This document shows positions 1 through 12,711 of a stretch of DNA of 64,000 bases, in pieces. Within the stretch, counting starts at the first letter, position 1; each line of letters starts with the position of its first letter. The DNA is from Octopus sinensis (taxonomy: Eukaryota), in NCBI RefSeq assembly GCF_006345805.1, contig NC_043026.1, positions 7,316,001 through 7,380,000 of the forward strand. Direction: 5' to 3'. The notes under the pieces were generated by a model, which did not search any database, was not told the DNA's origin, and worked only from the letters and a program-made list of their open reading frames with translations. The position numbers were made by a program, and so were the translations under genes.

Positions 1-538
1 TGAGGCGCCACACAATAGATTACCAGCAGCAGGGTATCAATAATGGCACAGATCTGAAGTATAGTATTGATTGGCCAAGTTGAGTTTTAATAAATGAGAT
101 AATGCCATGAAGATTTTTTTCCCCAATTGAAAGAAAAATTGAATTCCAGTAATAGTTACTAATCAGTTTTATCAATTTAAATCTGCCAGGGATGGTCTAT
201 ATATTCACCCATTATTTCTTTTGTCATAGAATAAAAGTTTTAGGTTTTGATTAAGGGAAGTTTGCAGGTTGTTACATTGATTGAAATTTCACCTCTCCAG
301 CATGGCCACAGCCTCAGAGCTGAAGTGTATAAAAGAATTGAAGAAGGTGAATTGGCATGCTAGGCAAAATGTCCAGTGGCATTTCATCTGTCTCTATGTT
401 CCGAGTTCAAATTCTGCCAAGGTTGACTGCCTTTCATCCTTTCAGGGGCCAATGTAATGGACTTATCCCCACCTCCAAAATTGCTGGCCTTGTGCCAACA
501 TTTGAAACAAAGGTTTTAAGTATATTCGAAGCAGCCAT

Positions 539-960
539 TCATCATCATCATCATCATTTAACATCTGTTGTCCATGGGTTGGATGATTTGACTGGGCTGG
601 CATGTTGGAAGGCTGCACCAGAACCTAGTCTGATTTGACATGGGTTTCTACGGCTGGATGCCCTTCCTAATGCCAACCACTCAGAGTGTAATGGGTGCTT
701 TTATGTGCCACTGGCATGGGTGCCATTTGCGTGACACTGGTATCTGCCACAACTGATTTTGCTCAGCTTGATGGACCTTCTCAAGCACAACATAATGCCA
801 AAGGTCTTTGCCATTGCCTCCGTGAGGCCCAGCACTCAAAAGGAGCACATGGCCACTTTGCCTCCACAAGGCCCAACACTTGAAAGGAACTCCGCTACCT
901 TGCCTCCATGAGGCCCTCTTGAAAGGAACCCAGCCACCTCGCCTGCAGTCAACTGTGCCT
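539..960 (-). mobile_element. SINE/retroposon family C (GGCGTTAGGAAGGGCATCCAGC body, (GAT)n tail), degraded copy
   Basis: Starts with (CAT)n and contains ctggatgcccttcctaatgccaaccac; the same motif recurs >15 times in the window. Confidence 0.8.
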
Positions 961-1304
961 TTCATCATTTCAAGGCTGGTAAAACAAGTACCAGTTGAGT
1001 ACTGGGGGTTAATGTAATCAACTTAGCCCCACCCCCACTGAAATTGCTGGCCTTGTGCCAACATTGAAAGCAACATTTTACCTATATTTAAAATTCAAAA
1101 GAACCACACTTTTTTTCCCACCAAAACCCTTAATTCTTTCCACCCGCCATTTTTCAATGCTACAATGTGTTCACATTTCATTTATGCCACCATATTTAAT
1201 TAACCCTTTAGCATTTATCTGGCCTCTCACACCTATCCTACAATGTCATTTTAAAAATAAACAATCAGATCATTGAAATCTGAAAGCTATGAAATAATGC
1301 ATGG

Positions 1305-1640
1305 AAGGTGCATGGCTCAGTGGTTAGAGCATCAAGCACACAATCATGAGGTAGTGAGTTTCGATTCTCAGACCGGACATTGCAGTTTCGATTCTCAGAC
1401 CGGACATTGTGAGTGTTTATTGAGCGAAAACACCTAAAAGCTCCACGAGGCTCCGGCAGGGGGTGGTGGCGATCCCTGCTGTACTCTTTCGCCACAACTT
1501 TCTCTCACTCTTTCTTCTGTTGGCCTGCATGCTTAGCTAGCAGGGTAGCATCATTTGAGGACTAAAACAATGCAAAGCGCATTGTGATCAGCGATGTGTA
1601 GCAACATTTGATAACCTGGTTGGTCACGGTGATCACGGTA
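1305..1640 (+). mobile_element. tRNA-derived SINE family D with RTE-like 3' tail
   Basis: A-box-like tggctcagtggttagagc, B-box-like gtttcgattc (26 bp segment duplicated internally); colinear with 41893-42203; ends ggtcacggtgatcacggt. Confidence 0.85.
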
Positions 1641-1672
1641 ATATATATATATATATATACATATATACATGT

Positions 1673-1915
1673 AAGGCAGTGAGCTGGCAGAAACGTTAGC
1701 ATGCCGGGCGAAATGCGTAGCCGTATTTCGTCTGCCGTTATGTTCAGAGTTCAAATTCTGCCATGGTCGTCTTTGCCTTTCATCCTTTCGGGGGGGAGGG
1801 GGGTCGATAAATTAAGTACCTGTTACGCACTGGGGTCGATGTAATCGTCTTAATCGGTTTGTCTGTCCTTGTTTGTCCCCTCTCTGTTTAAGCCCCTTGC
1901 GGATAGTAAAGAAAT
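1673..1915 (+). mobile_element. SINE family B, near full length
   Basis: aaggcagtgagctggcagaaacgttagc...tttgcctttcatcctttcgggg...gccccttgcggatagtaaagaaata; matches 10774-11003 and 45922-46154. Confidence 0.85.
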
Positions 1916-2139
1916 ATATATATTTATACATGTCCCATAAAACATAGATCCAGAGAATCATGTAACTATCACAGAAAGCTCCTCCGATGGATCCAGTGAG
2001 AGGGACACATGAGTATGTGGTTGGGATTGCTTACCAACTATGTGACCTTGAGGTCATTTCCACTGAATGACACCTTGGACTAATGTCTTTAACTAAAGCC
2101 CCGGACCAACCGAAGCCTTAGGAATAGATATATAAGGTG

Positions 2140-2748
2140 AGCTGGCTACATCTACCTGGGATGTAGCCAGCCCACCTATGCATACCTTTCCTTCTTGGGA
2201 CACAAAGACTATGCTTGCGAAGACCTGTTGAGGCAAGTGAAATCAGAAACGAAATCGAAATCGCTCAAAAATCAATGGAAATTGTAGTTGTGATACCAGT
2301 GCCGGTGGCACGTAAAAGAACTATCCGAACATGGCTGTTGCCAGTGCCGCCCCGACTGGCCTCCGTGCTGGTGGAACGTAAAAAGCACCAACCGAGAAGC
2401 TGCACCAGGCCCCAGTCTGATATGGCAGTGTTTCTACAGCTGGATGCCCTTCCTAATGCCAACCACTCCGTGAGTGTAGTGGGTGCTTTTTACATGCCAC
2501 CAGCACAGGGGCCAGAGGAGCTGGCATCGACCATGATCGGATGGTGCTTTTTAAGTGCCACCAGCACGGAGGCCAGTCAAAGTGGCACTGGCATCGGCCA
2601 CGTTCGGATGGTGCTTTTTATGTGCTACTGGCACAGGGGTCACAACTACATTTCCATTTGATTTGATATTGCTGTTGATGCACTTGACTCAATAGGTCTC
2701 CTCCAGCACAGCAGATCACTCTACGATCCAAGGTACTTTTGAGTAGGT

Positions 2749-2750
<2 letters not shown>
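2140..2750. mobile_element. Family C fragments in opposite orientations
   Basis: 5' part (shared with 37704-37885) on +, then body on - from about 2395. Confidence 0.7.
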
Positions 2751-2800
<50 letters not shown>

Positions 2801-3118
2801 TTATGTATTTATTTGTGTTTGTCCCCCACCATTGCTTGATAACCAATGGTGTGTTTACGTCCCTGTAACTTAGCAGTTTGGCAAAAGAAACCAATAGAAT
2901 AAGTACTAGGCTTACAAAGAATAAGTCCTGGGGTCGATTCATTTGACTAAAGGAGGTGCTCCAGCATGGCCGCAGTCAAATGACTGAAAAAAAATATCAG
3001 AATAAAAAAAATATCGTTAATTATTTCTGGATGTAGCCCCAGAAATACAATTTCATTCACCAGCAGCTACCATGACAGCAACAACAACAAGAGAATGGCA
3101 AAGCAAACTTTAAAACAA

Positions 3119-3510
3119 CTAGCAGTATCGCCCGGTGTTGCTCGGGCTTGTTTCGACCCTTTAGAATTGGAATTTTTGAAAAGTAAAAATTTTGCATTAT
3201 GTAGCTTGTTATTCTCTTTAAGTGAACATTTTTCTGGTTGAAATACACCGAAAAATGGCGACACAGCAGTCATAAAATCGTAAAAAATCGGGATTTTCAT
3301 AGAAAAAAAGCACCTTTTTGATGTAAATAATTTTTGGTGTTAACATGGTCTGATTTGAATTTTTTCTTCTACGGAAGGAAGAGCAAGCCTTCTTCTATCA
3401 TACTCTCAATTTTGGTCAACTTGCACCGCAGGGTCTCGGAGGAGACAGTGTTAGTTGAAGGCTACCAAACCTGCCACACACACACAACTTCAGCTTTATA
3501 TATCGAGAGA
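3119..3510 (-). mobile_element. Non-autonomous Helitron (family H1)
   Basis: Minus strand starts A|TC..TATATAAAGCTGAAG and ends with hairpin CCCGAGCAACACCGGG followed by CTAG|T, the Helitron terminal signature; partial copies at 22150-22450 and 30308-30530. Confidence 0.8.
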
Positions 3511-4124
3511 TTATGAAATAAAAAAAAAATAAAACCAACAAAGCGTTTTAGTAAAAATGTGGCACAGTTATGATAGAATTTGTACTTACCCAAGGCTAAT
3601 GTGGGACAAAACTGGGCTAAATAAAGGGTAACTCACATTTTCAGATGTGGGGATGATAAAAGAGGTATGTCAGGTGGTATGGTTGTAGGACTGAGGTAGG
3701 GGTTGCTTCTCATTCAAGTTTAAGGGTGACGCCTCTTATTAAGGTCGACCCCCAGGGAGGGAGAAATGATAAGACGAGGGGGTTTGTCAACAGTGTTTTC
3801 TGTTAGAAACTAGCTGAACGACTGGACAGACTAAAACAGCGGCAAAAGTATACAGCATACTATATGTAGGTGTGTGTGTGTGAGTATAGAGAAGGGGGAG
3901 GAGGAGGAGATGGTGGGGTGGGGGACACACACAGGTAATTACTAGCAAGGAGGGTATCATTATACGGAATAACAGCTGACGAAAAATACACACACACACA
4001 TGTAAGCATGGTTACCAGGGTATAAAATTCTTACTTAGACATGCTGGTTCACTAAGAAATGTGTGTGTAGAGAGAGAGAGAGAGACAAGCAGGCAGACAG
4101 AGTGTGTCTGTGTGTGTGTTTACA

Positions 4125-4195
4125 CTGGAATCGAACTTGGAATCTTGGGGTTAGTAGCCTGTGCTCTTAACCACTACACCATGTGCCCATGGGCA
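4125..4195 (-). mobile_element. tRNA-like SINE head
   Basis: Minus strand tggtgtagtggttaagagc...gttcgattccag (A/B boxes); no complete cloverleaf. Confidence 0.55.
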
Positions 4196-4699
4196 ATTAT
4201 GGAGTGAATTTTAGGGCTTACAAATCTAATATTCTCCTATTTCCCATCAGCTGTTCATATCTGCACTGGGGTCTGCTCAAGGGGTTATCATGTCCTAGTA
4301 TCTGTGCTGCTGCTCCTTTTAGTTTTCGTATTTCCCAGTGGTAGTTCTCTCTCTATTATTTCAACTTCATCCCACAGGGGGAGGTGGTCTCCATTTTTTC
4401 ATACATGGTCAGCTATACCCGATTTATCAATATCTCCTCATGTCACAGATTTGCAATGTTCCTCTACCCTTATTTTGAGGGAGTAGAGAAACATACAAGG
4501 AATAAGTCCTGGGGTCAATTTGCTCAAAGTAAAGGCAGTGCTCCAGCATGGCTCACAGTCAAATGACAGAAACAAATTAAAGAATACACACATACACACA
4601 GTTACAGGAATAGTTCAAGGTGGAGAAGGTCAGAGAGAAATAGAGAGACAGATATAACCCGTGCTAGCGCGGAAAACGGACATTAAACGATGATGATGA

Positions 4700-4902
4700 T
4701 GATGAGAGAAATAGAGAGAGATTGAGAGACAGAGATATATATAGAGAGAGAAATAGAGAGAGATTGAGAGACAGAGATATATATAGAGAGAGAAATAGAG
4801 AGAGATTGAGAGACAGAGATAGAGAGACATATATATATAGAGAGAGAGAGAGATTGAGAGACAGATATATATATATATAGAGAGAGAGAGATTGAGAGAC
4901 AG

Positions 4903-4933
<31 letters not shown>

Positions 4934-5050
4934 TTGAGAGAAATAGAGAGACAGATATATATAGAGAGAGATTGAGACAGAGAAATAGAGAGACAGATAT
5001 ATATATAGAGAGAGACTAAGAGACAGAAATAGAGAGACAGAGAGAGAGCA
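4700..5050. repeat. Compound AG/AT minisatellite
   Basis: Repeated gagagaaatagagagagattgagagacagagatatat units. Confidence 0.9.
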
Positions 5051-6419
5051 AGTGTTTGCCAAGTTAGCTGTTGTATGAACAATGGAAGTTTAGGTCAAAC
5101 ATTCACAAACCTAGAGACACAGAGAGAGAGAGATCTGGAGAGGGAGAGGGAGAAGGAGAGAGATCCAGCCACTTGACAAATGAAAGGAGCTTGAAAACCA
5201 AGAGAGAAAAAAAGCAGTGACTAAGTGCAAAGTGAAAGACCAGACTAGTGACAAACACACACACACACACACGGGTCCATACATACACATTGTCCAAAGA
5301 GCTGCGAAAAAAGTGGATAGTTAGCTCTCTGACGGAATAGAAGCGGAATGTGGAGACGAAGGTGACAATATGCAAATGCAAACACACATGCATCAGTCTC
5401 TCTCTCTTCTTTTATTTGTTTGTTATTTGATTTGACAGCAGCCATGCTGGAGCACCACCTTTTAGTCAAACAAATCGAACCCAGGACTTATTCCTTGTAA
5501 GCCTAGTACTTATTCTATCGGTCTCTTTTGCCAAACTGCTAAGTTACGGGGATGTAAACACACCAGCATCGGTTGTCAAGTGATGTTGGGGGGGACAAGC
5601 GCAGACACACAAACACATATATATATACTCTTTATTGCAGATAAATTCTATGAACTCAAAGGTCATGTGGATCCCAGATAAGAACCACTGATTTAACGTG
5701 TCCTTCTTTCAGATTTTACCCCCAGGTCAGTTCTGATCCTGCAGCAGACATTCCACCTACAACCAGAATGTCTTTCATTCTAAAACAACACAGTTCAATG
5801 TGTCCTCCTTTTCAAAACAGCAGGAGACAAACTAAATGCAATTTGACTGCTATGTCTAGCGGGTCAAGTGACCACACATTGAGTAATGTCAGGGAGTTGT
5901 TCTCAAAAGATCCCAATTGTAAAGTGGTTTTATTTCACATGCAGGGTGGTAATGATGACATTAAAAGGTCACAGAAGCAAGTTGCCTCTTAACAGAGATG
6001 TGGGTGTGAAAGTGAGGCTGGCCTAATTACATAATTGCTTAATTAAACAGAAAAAAGCATGTTTGCTAATCAACTTTCTTGTGCCTAGATTGTGTTAAAT
6101 AAAGTTAACGAGTAAACATGTGAAAACAGAAACACACACACATACACACACACATCTATATATATCTTGGATATATATAGTGATATTGGATGGTGGGGGT
6201 TTCTCAATCATCCACAGAGGTCCTTATGTATCAGGGGGGGGCCCCTCATCACAAATTTTCTTTTTATGCATATTGCTGTGTACTTTGTATACTTTACTTT
6301 TTCATTTTTAATCATTCCATAATATGTAAACCCCTAAACTTTGTTGTATTGCCCCCGGGGGGGGGGGTAAATCATTATTATAATTTTTATTATTATTTTT
6401 ATTATTATTATTATTATTG

Positions 6420-6935
6420 AGTGAGAGAGCAGTTCATGCCATCAAAGTGACACTGGGGTAAAATATACGAAGCCCAGTATACCCATCATGATTACCCGTC
6501 TGATAAGGGTACACCAGGCACAAGCATCACAACCATATGTGTGCAGCAGGTGGGGCCCAGTTAAAATTTTCTTCTGGTCGAGTAGCCCATCTTGCTCAAA
6601 AGGTCCTCAAATAAGGGTTGTTTAAGGATGTTGAACAAAACAACCATGTTTCCAGAGGTGAATTATCCAAACCCCAAAGAATCCCTCTCAACACATGGCC
6701 ATGATGCTCCCCCACTACTTCTGCTCGTGATCAGAGATGCACATATTGTCAGCCACTAAGGGACATGCTCAACTCGTTATGGTCAAACAACTGACAAGCA
6801 AATCTGTGGTATTGAGCAGAATATTTGCTGTAGGCCATCTTTTATACCAAGACAAAACAATGTACATGATAACACTTCCAATTAGTTAAGATCAGAAGCC
6901 ATGAGAGCCACTGCCTGGAACTGCATCAGGGCATT
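6420..6935 (-). mobile_element. Probable non-autonomous retroposon embedded in (TAA)n
   Basis: Complex ~515 bp block flanked on both sides by (TTA)n; no ORF; single copy in the window, so family assignment is inferred. Confidence 0.45.
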
Positions 6936-7189
6936 TATTATTATTATTATTATCATTATTATTATTATTATTAGTGGCCTGGGAACATTCCCTGGCCTAA
7001 TTGATGGGGCGTGATTAATAGTCAAAATTATTAGTAACATTATGTGAACAGTTTAAAAGACATTTAGGTCAGATGAATAAAGGCTACTTTTGTATAAGTG
7101 GTCTCCTGCATGTGCTAGAAAAAACAGTCAAATTTCTATTAAATCATATATCTCCTCTGTTTTAACACAAAATAAGAAGGAAAAATAAA

Positions 7190-7800
7190 AAATTAAGCAG
7201 GAAATATAGGATAATGAAGTCCTAGACTATGTTTGAATAAAAGATGGGATGGTCATGGCTAGAACACCTTTGATCATAGATTTGTAGGATCATAACTGAC
7301 TTGGGGTTGAACAGCAACAGTAACATGGAGGGACACGTTAAATGATGTAGTCCACGATACACAATGCCTGATTACAAAAATGTAATGGTCATGGCTGGAA
7401 GATCTTTGATCATAGTTCTGCAGGATCAAGGCTGACCTAGGGCTAAATAACAACAACAAAGAAGGACACATTAGGTGATGTAGTCCAAGATACACAATGC
7501 CTGAAAACAGATGGGATGATCACAACTGGAATAGTATCTGATGATGAGAGACACATTAGATGATGTAACCCTAGATACACTATATTCCAATAAAAAAAAA
7601 TGGGATGGTCATAAATGGAATAGCTTCGATCAACCGAATTAAGGCTGAGTAGGGGCTAAACAAAAGAAGAGCAACAAGGGACACATTACACAGTGTAATC
7701 TGAGATACACTATGTCTGAATGATAGATGGGATGGTCATGGCAGGAACATCTTTGTTTATAGGTTGTCTACAGGATCTTGACCAACCCAGGGCTAAACAA
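7190..7800. repeat. Degenerate ~110-120 bp tandem repeat (about 5 units)
   Basis: Recurrent ggacacatta..gatgtagtcc..gatacac..gatgggatggtcatggct..ggctaaacaa. Confidence 0.75.
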
Positions 7801-7814
7801 TATAAATTTGACTT

Positions 7815-8315
7815 TTATTTTACTCATTTCAGTCACTAGACCGTGGCCATTCTGGAGCATCACTGTGGAAAGGTCTTAGTTGAAAGAAATGACCCTGGTA
7901 CTTTTCTTCTAAGCTTGGTTCTTCTATCAGTCTCTTTTGCCAAACTGCTAGGTTATGGGGACATAAACACACCAACACACACATATATGATGGGCTTCTT
8001 GCAGTTTCCATCTACCAAATCTACTCACATGGCTTTGGTTAGCTTGAGGCTATAGTAGAAGACACTTGCCCAAGGTGTCACACAGTAGGACTGAACCCGG
8101 AACCATGTGGTTGGTAAGCAAGCTAATTACCACGCAGCCACTCCTGCACCTATATACGACAGGCTTCTTTCAGTTTCCATCTACCAAATCCACTCACATG
8201 GCTTTGGTTAGCCCGAGGCTATAGGAGAAGACACTTGCCCAAGATGCCACGCAGTGGGACTGAACCTAGAACCATGTGGTTGGTAAACAAGCTAATTACC
8301 ACACAGCCATGCCTT
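7815..8315 (-). mobile_element. Two tandem family A SINE copies
   Basis: Reverse complement of the family A consensus (43601-44010). Confidence 0.8.
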
Positions 8316-8904
8316 CATCACCACCACGGCCATTAATGCTGACACCACCACCCCCTTCCCAACTCCATCCTTGTTCTTACCTTGATTGATCTTAACCCGT
8401 TAATCAGCCTAATTCACAGAATAATTAAAGTCACTGCACAATACAAATACATCAGTTGTTATTAGATTTGAGATTTACAGCGTAATTAACACCTGAAGTA
8501 GATAATCTGGGATTGTGTGTGTGCATACATGATGTGTATATATGTACATACATACATATATATACACACACACACACATAAATATATATATACACACACA
8601 CACATAAATATATATATACACACACACACATAAATATATACATACACACAAATGGAGAAATACATCGAAATCAAATATCAATTACCAGATAATACTCAAT
8701 CACATACTTTATTAAACCACCACATAAGAGACTGTAGGGTTACATATAAAAAGCAGAAGAAATCAGTGTACATAAAGGAATGTACATAAAAAAGTGTACA
8801 TAAAAGAGTAATGTTGTATAATAAGTAGAATATATATAAAAAAGAGAATATACATATAGGAGGGTTGCATTTACAACCCCTATCTCAATTTGTATATATA
8901 TACT

Positions 8905-9270
8905 CTTTACTCTTACTCTTTTACTTGTTTCAGTCATTTGACTGCGTCCATGCTGGAGCACCGCCTTTAGTCGAGCAAATCGACCCCAGGACTTATTCTA
9001 TCGGTCTCTTTTGCCGAACCGCTAAGTGACGGGGACATAAACACACCAGCATCGGTTGTCAAGCAATGCTAGGGGGACAAACACATACACACACGTATAT
9101 ATATACATATATACGATGGGCTTCTTTCAGTTTCCGTCTACCAAATCCACTCACAAGGCATTGGTCGGCCCGGAGCTATAGTAGAAGACACTTGCCCAAG
9201 GTGCCACGCAGTGGGACTGAACCCGGAACCATGTGGTTGGTAAACAAGCTACTTACCACACAGCCACTCT
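8905..9270 (-). mobile_element. tRNA-derived SINE family A
   Basis: Colinear with 43601-44010. Confidence 0.88.
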
Positions 9271-9374
9271 AAATTTATATAAATAAGGATAAGATCGTTA
9301 ATTTAAAAATAAAATAACGATCTCATCAAGTGGCCAGCATGGAAAAAAATAATCTTCAAAGGTAATAATTATTT

Positions 9375-9533
9375 AAATTATAAATTAGGGTATCTACGAG
9401 ATAACACCATGCTGAAAATAGCAGCCATGATCTGACTCTGAAACCACCTTAATTTTCCATTAATTAAGGTGGTTTTAGGGTCAGATCATGGCTGCTATTT
9501 TCGGCATGGTGGTATCTCATAGATACCCTAATT

Positions 9534-9541
<8 letters not shown>
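9375..9541. repeat. Long imperfect palindrome (~80 bp arms, 7 bp spacer)
   Basis: aattagggtatct...ccaccttaatt / aattaaggtgg...agataccctaatt. Confidence 0.9.
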
Positions 9542-9593
<52 letters not shown>

Positions 9594-10154
9594 GTAGTTA
9601 TATGTTTATATATGTATGTGTGTATGTATAACTAATATAGGATAAAAAAATTTTCGGGAAAAAATTTTTATCAATGGCCAGCATATCAAAAAATACCTTT
9701 AAAGGTTAAATTTATAAATAATTTACAAGATAAGGGCAAAATAAAAATTCTAATGCCAATTGTCTTTCTTTCGGCATATATGTGTGTATGTAGGTATATA
9801 TGGTTAGCCAAAAGCCACCTGACAGTAAATGAAAATTCCAAGATTTATTTCTGTTTAACAACTGAATGAATTTAATGAAAGCATCTAAACAGGAAACATC
9901 ATGAAGGTTGTTGAAATTTGAACTCCTTCTTGAATGACACCATTCATCCATTCAAGTCAATACAGAATTACAAACGTTATGGTATTTAAGGTATTTGATT
10001 TACTGACTTCTAGCCAACCTTGTATACCTGCCCACACCTGACCTGTGACTAATTTTCCCATCTCCCTGTCTTTTGTCACTGGACGCTTAGCTTTGCCGGT
10101 CAACATCTGTCTCCTCTCTTGCTATTTCTTTTTCTATGTCCATTCAGGATTTCT

Positions 10155-10590
10155 TGCAAGTGAAATTGTAGTCGTGGCTGATGCCAGTACTGCCTGATTG
10201 GTACCTGTGCTGGTGGTACGGTACGTAAAACACACCAATTGAGTGTGACCAATGCCAGTGCCACCTGACTGGCACATAAAAGGAACCTTTCGAGCGTGGC
10301 TGATGCCAGTACCTACTGACTGGCACATATGCTGTTGGCATGTAAAAAGCACCATTCAAGCGTGGCCAATGCTAGTGCCACCTGTCTGGCCACCATTGCT
10401 GTTGGCACATAAAAAGCACCCACTACTTTCTCGGTGTGCTTGGCATTAGGAAGAGCATCCAGCTGTAGGAACCATGCCAGATCAGACTGGAGCCTGGTGC
10501 AGCTTCCTGCTTTGCCAGTCCTCAGTTAAACTGTCCAACCCATGCCAGCATGGAAAGCTGACGCTGAATGACAACGATGATGATGAGGAT
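10155..10590 (+). mobile_element. Family C SINE with internal tandem units
   Basis: Repeated ggcac(a/g)taaaa..cacc units, then ggcattaggaagagcatccagc and (GAT)n tail. Confidence 0.8.
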
Positions 10591-10773
10591 ATATATATGT
10601 GTATATGCATACATACATAAATACAGACCCACATGTGTGCTTACATACATTCATTAACATGGGGACATATACACACACACACAGGTACATACAAATCTAA
10701 ATACACCTATGTGCATATATATATATACATGAGCATATATGTGCATACATGCATATATATATATGTATTTATG

Positions 10774-11003
10774 AAGGCGGCGAGCTGGCAGAAACGTTAG
10801 CATGCCGGGTGAAATGCGTAGCCGTATTTCGTCTGCCGTTACGTTCTGAGTTCAAATTCCGCCGAGGTCAACTTTGCCTTTCGTCCTTTCGGGGTCGATT
10901 AAATAAGTACCAGTTATGCACTGGGGTCGATGTAATGGACTTAAATCCTTTTGTCTTTCCTTGTTTGTCCCCTCTATGTTTAGCCCCTTGTGGGCAATAA
11001 AGA
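10774..11003 (+). mobile_element. SINE family B, full length
   Basis: aaggcggcgagctggcagaaacg...gccccttgtgggcaataaaga. Confidence 0.88.
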
Positions 11004-11019
11004 ATTAATATATATTTGC

Positions 11020-11228
11020 CAGACCCCCCCGGCACCTGTGCAGGTGGCACGTAAAAAGCACCCACTACACTCGCGGAGTGGTTGGCGTTAGGAAGGGCAT
11101 CCAGCTGTAGAAACTCTGCCAGATCAGACTGGAGCCTGGTCGAGCCTCTGGCTTCCCAGACCACGGTCCAACCGTCCAACCCGTGCTAGCGCGGAAAACG
11201 GACGTTAAACGATGATGATGATGATGAT
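11020..11228 (+). mobile_element. Family C SINE 3' part
   Basis: ggcgttaggaagggcatccagctgtagaaac...ggacgttaaacgatgatgatg. Confidence 0.85.
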
Positions 11229-12069
11229 ATATATATGTATTTATGTATGTATGTATGTATGTATGTATGTGTGTGTGTATATACAGATATGCAAACATAC
11301 ACTCGTGTGCAGGCAGTGAATCTTATAAAGCTGTCACATCTACACATGGATGGCGCTCAAGAGTAAACAGCTTTGCTCGGATAATGTGTCAGATTGAAAT
11401 TAAGCTTGAATAATGATGAGAAAAATGTTGTTTATGAAGACTTGACACTAAACCAATGAATGGGACCTACACAAAGGTATACAGGTTAATCATGTTTGTA
11501 TATGTATACATACATTTATAAATAGTGAATTAAAAATAAATCAGTACCAATTGAAGGCCAGGTGTCAATTCATTGTGGCCGTTTCTAATAGATTTTTTAA
11601 TTAACTGAGTTCATTATTTTGTTATAAAAAACTTTCTGCAGATAAATAATTCATGAATTTCAAAACCAAGGGCATCTCCTCTCCCTTTCATATGTATGAG
11701 TGTATATATATATTGCCTGGATATTTATGGTGTGAACACACTACTGATACTTTGTCGTAATACTGCCTGGATTTACCTTAGATTTTTACCTAAGGTCATT
11801 CACATCCATACCCTCCAGGAAATGAACGGTGAACTTTATTTCCTTACTCTCTCCTTTTCGATTTCATTGCTTATTACCTGTGAATTTTCCAAGTCTAGAT
11901 CTTTCATATGTTCCCAACTTGTCTCTGATGTTGGCATACCCCTTATTCAGGCATTTTCACCTATCACAGAAACAGCTGTAAGACCTCTACTAGTTTAATA
12001 ATAATAAAAAATAATGTATATAACTCGAGATGCTTGTCTTGCCTCAGTGTTTGTTGTCCTCTTCACAAA

Positions 12070-12490
12070 TACCATCCGTTCGTGTTCGTTGTCAGCCTCG
12101 GCTGGCCCCCGCGCCGGTGACACGTAAAAGCACCGTCCGTTCGTGGCCGTTTGCCAGCCTCCCCTGGCCCGTGCCGGTAGCACGTAAAAGCACCATCCGT
12201 TCGTGTCCGTTGCCAGCCTCACCTGGCCCCCGTGCCGGTGGCACATAAAAGCACCATCCGTTCGTGGCCGTTTGCCAGCTCTGTCTGGCACCTGTGCAGG
12301 TGGCACGTAAAAAACACCCACTACACTCACGGAGTGGTTGGCGTTAGGAAGGGCTTTCAGCTGTAGAAACACAGCCAGATCAGACTGGAGCCTGGTGCAG
12401 CCTCCTGGCTTCCCAGACCCTGGTCGAACCATCCAACCCATGCTAGCATGGAAAACGGACGCTAATGATGATGATGATGATGATGATGAT
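12070..12490 (+). mobile_element. Family C SINE with four internal ~60 bp tandem units
   Basis: caccatccgttcgtg..cgttgccagcctc..ctggcccc.gtgccggtggcacgtaaaag repeated four times; (GAT)n tail. Confidence 0.88.
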
Positions 12491-12710
12491 AGTTAATCCA
12501 AACATGGAAACACAAAGAGAAAACACAACAACGGGAGGATGTGGAACCAGTATAGTGTTATTGGACGGAAAGGAAAGAAAGAAAGGAAGATTTAACGTTT
12601 CAAGCAGAGCTCTTCGTCAGAAACAGGAAAAGGAAAGGTCCAAGGAAGGGAAGACGAAGGAAAAAAAAAAAGAAATCGTCAGCAGTACACACGCGGTCAC
12701 ATTTTGAAAA
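12489..12710 (-). mobile_element. ~200 bp element carrying a minimal hammerhead-like motif (Penelope pLTR/retrozyme-like)
   Basis: Three colinear copies (also 30645-30830, 38218-38420); minus strand GTTT-CTGACGA-AGAGCTCTGCTT-GAAA-CG-TT-AAAT at 12590-12624. Confidence 0.65.
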
Positions 12711-12711
12711 T

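Noticed and set aside
2215-2661. Recurrent peptide FLQLDALPNANHSVSVVGAFY in many ORFs
   Set aside because: Antisense translation of family C SINE copies, not a gene family
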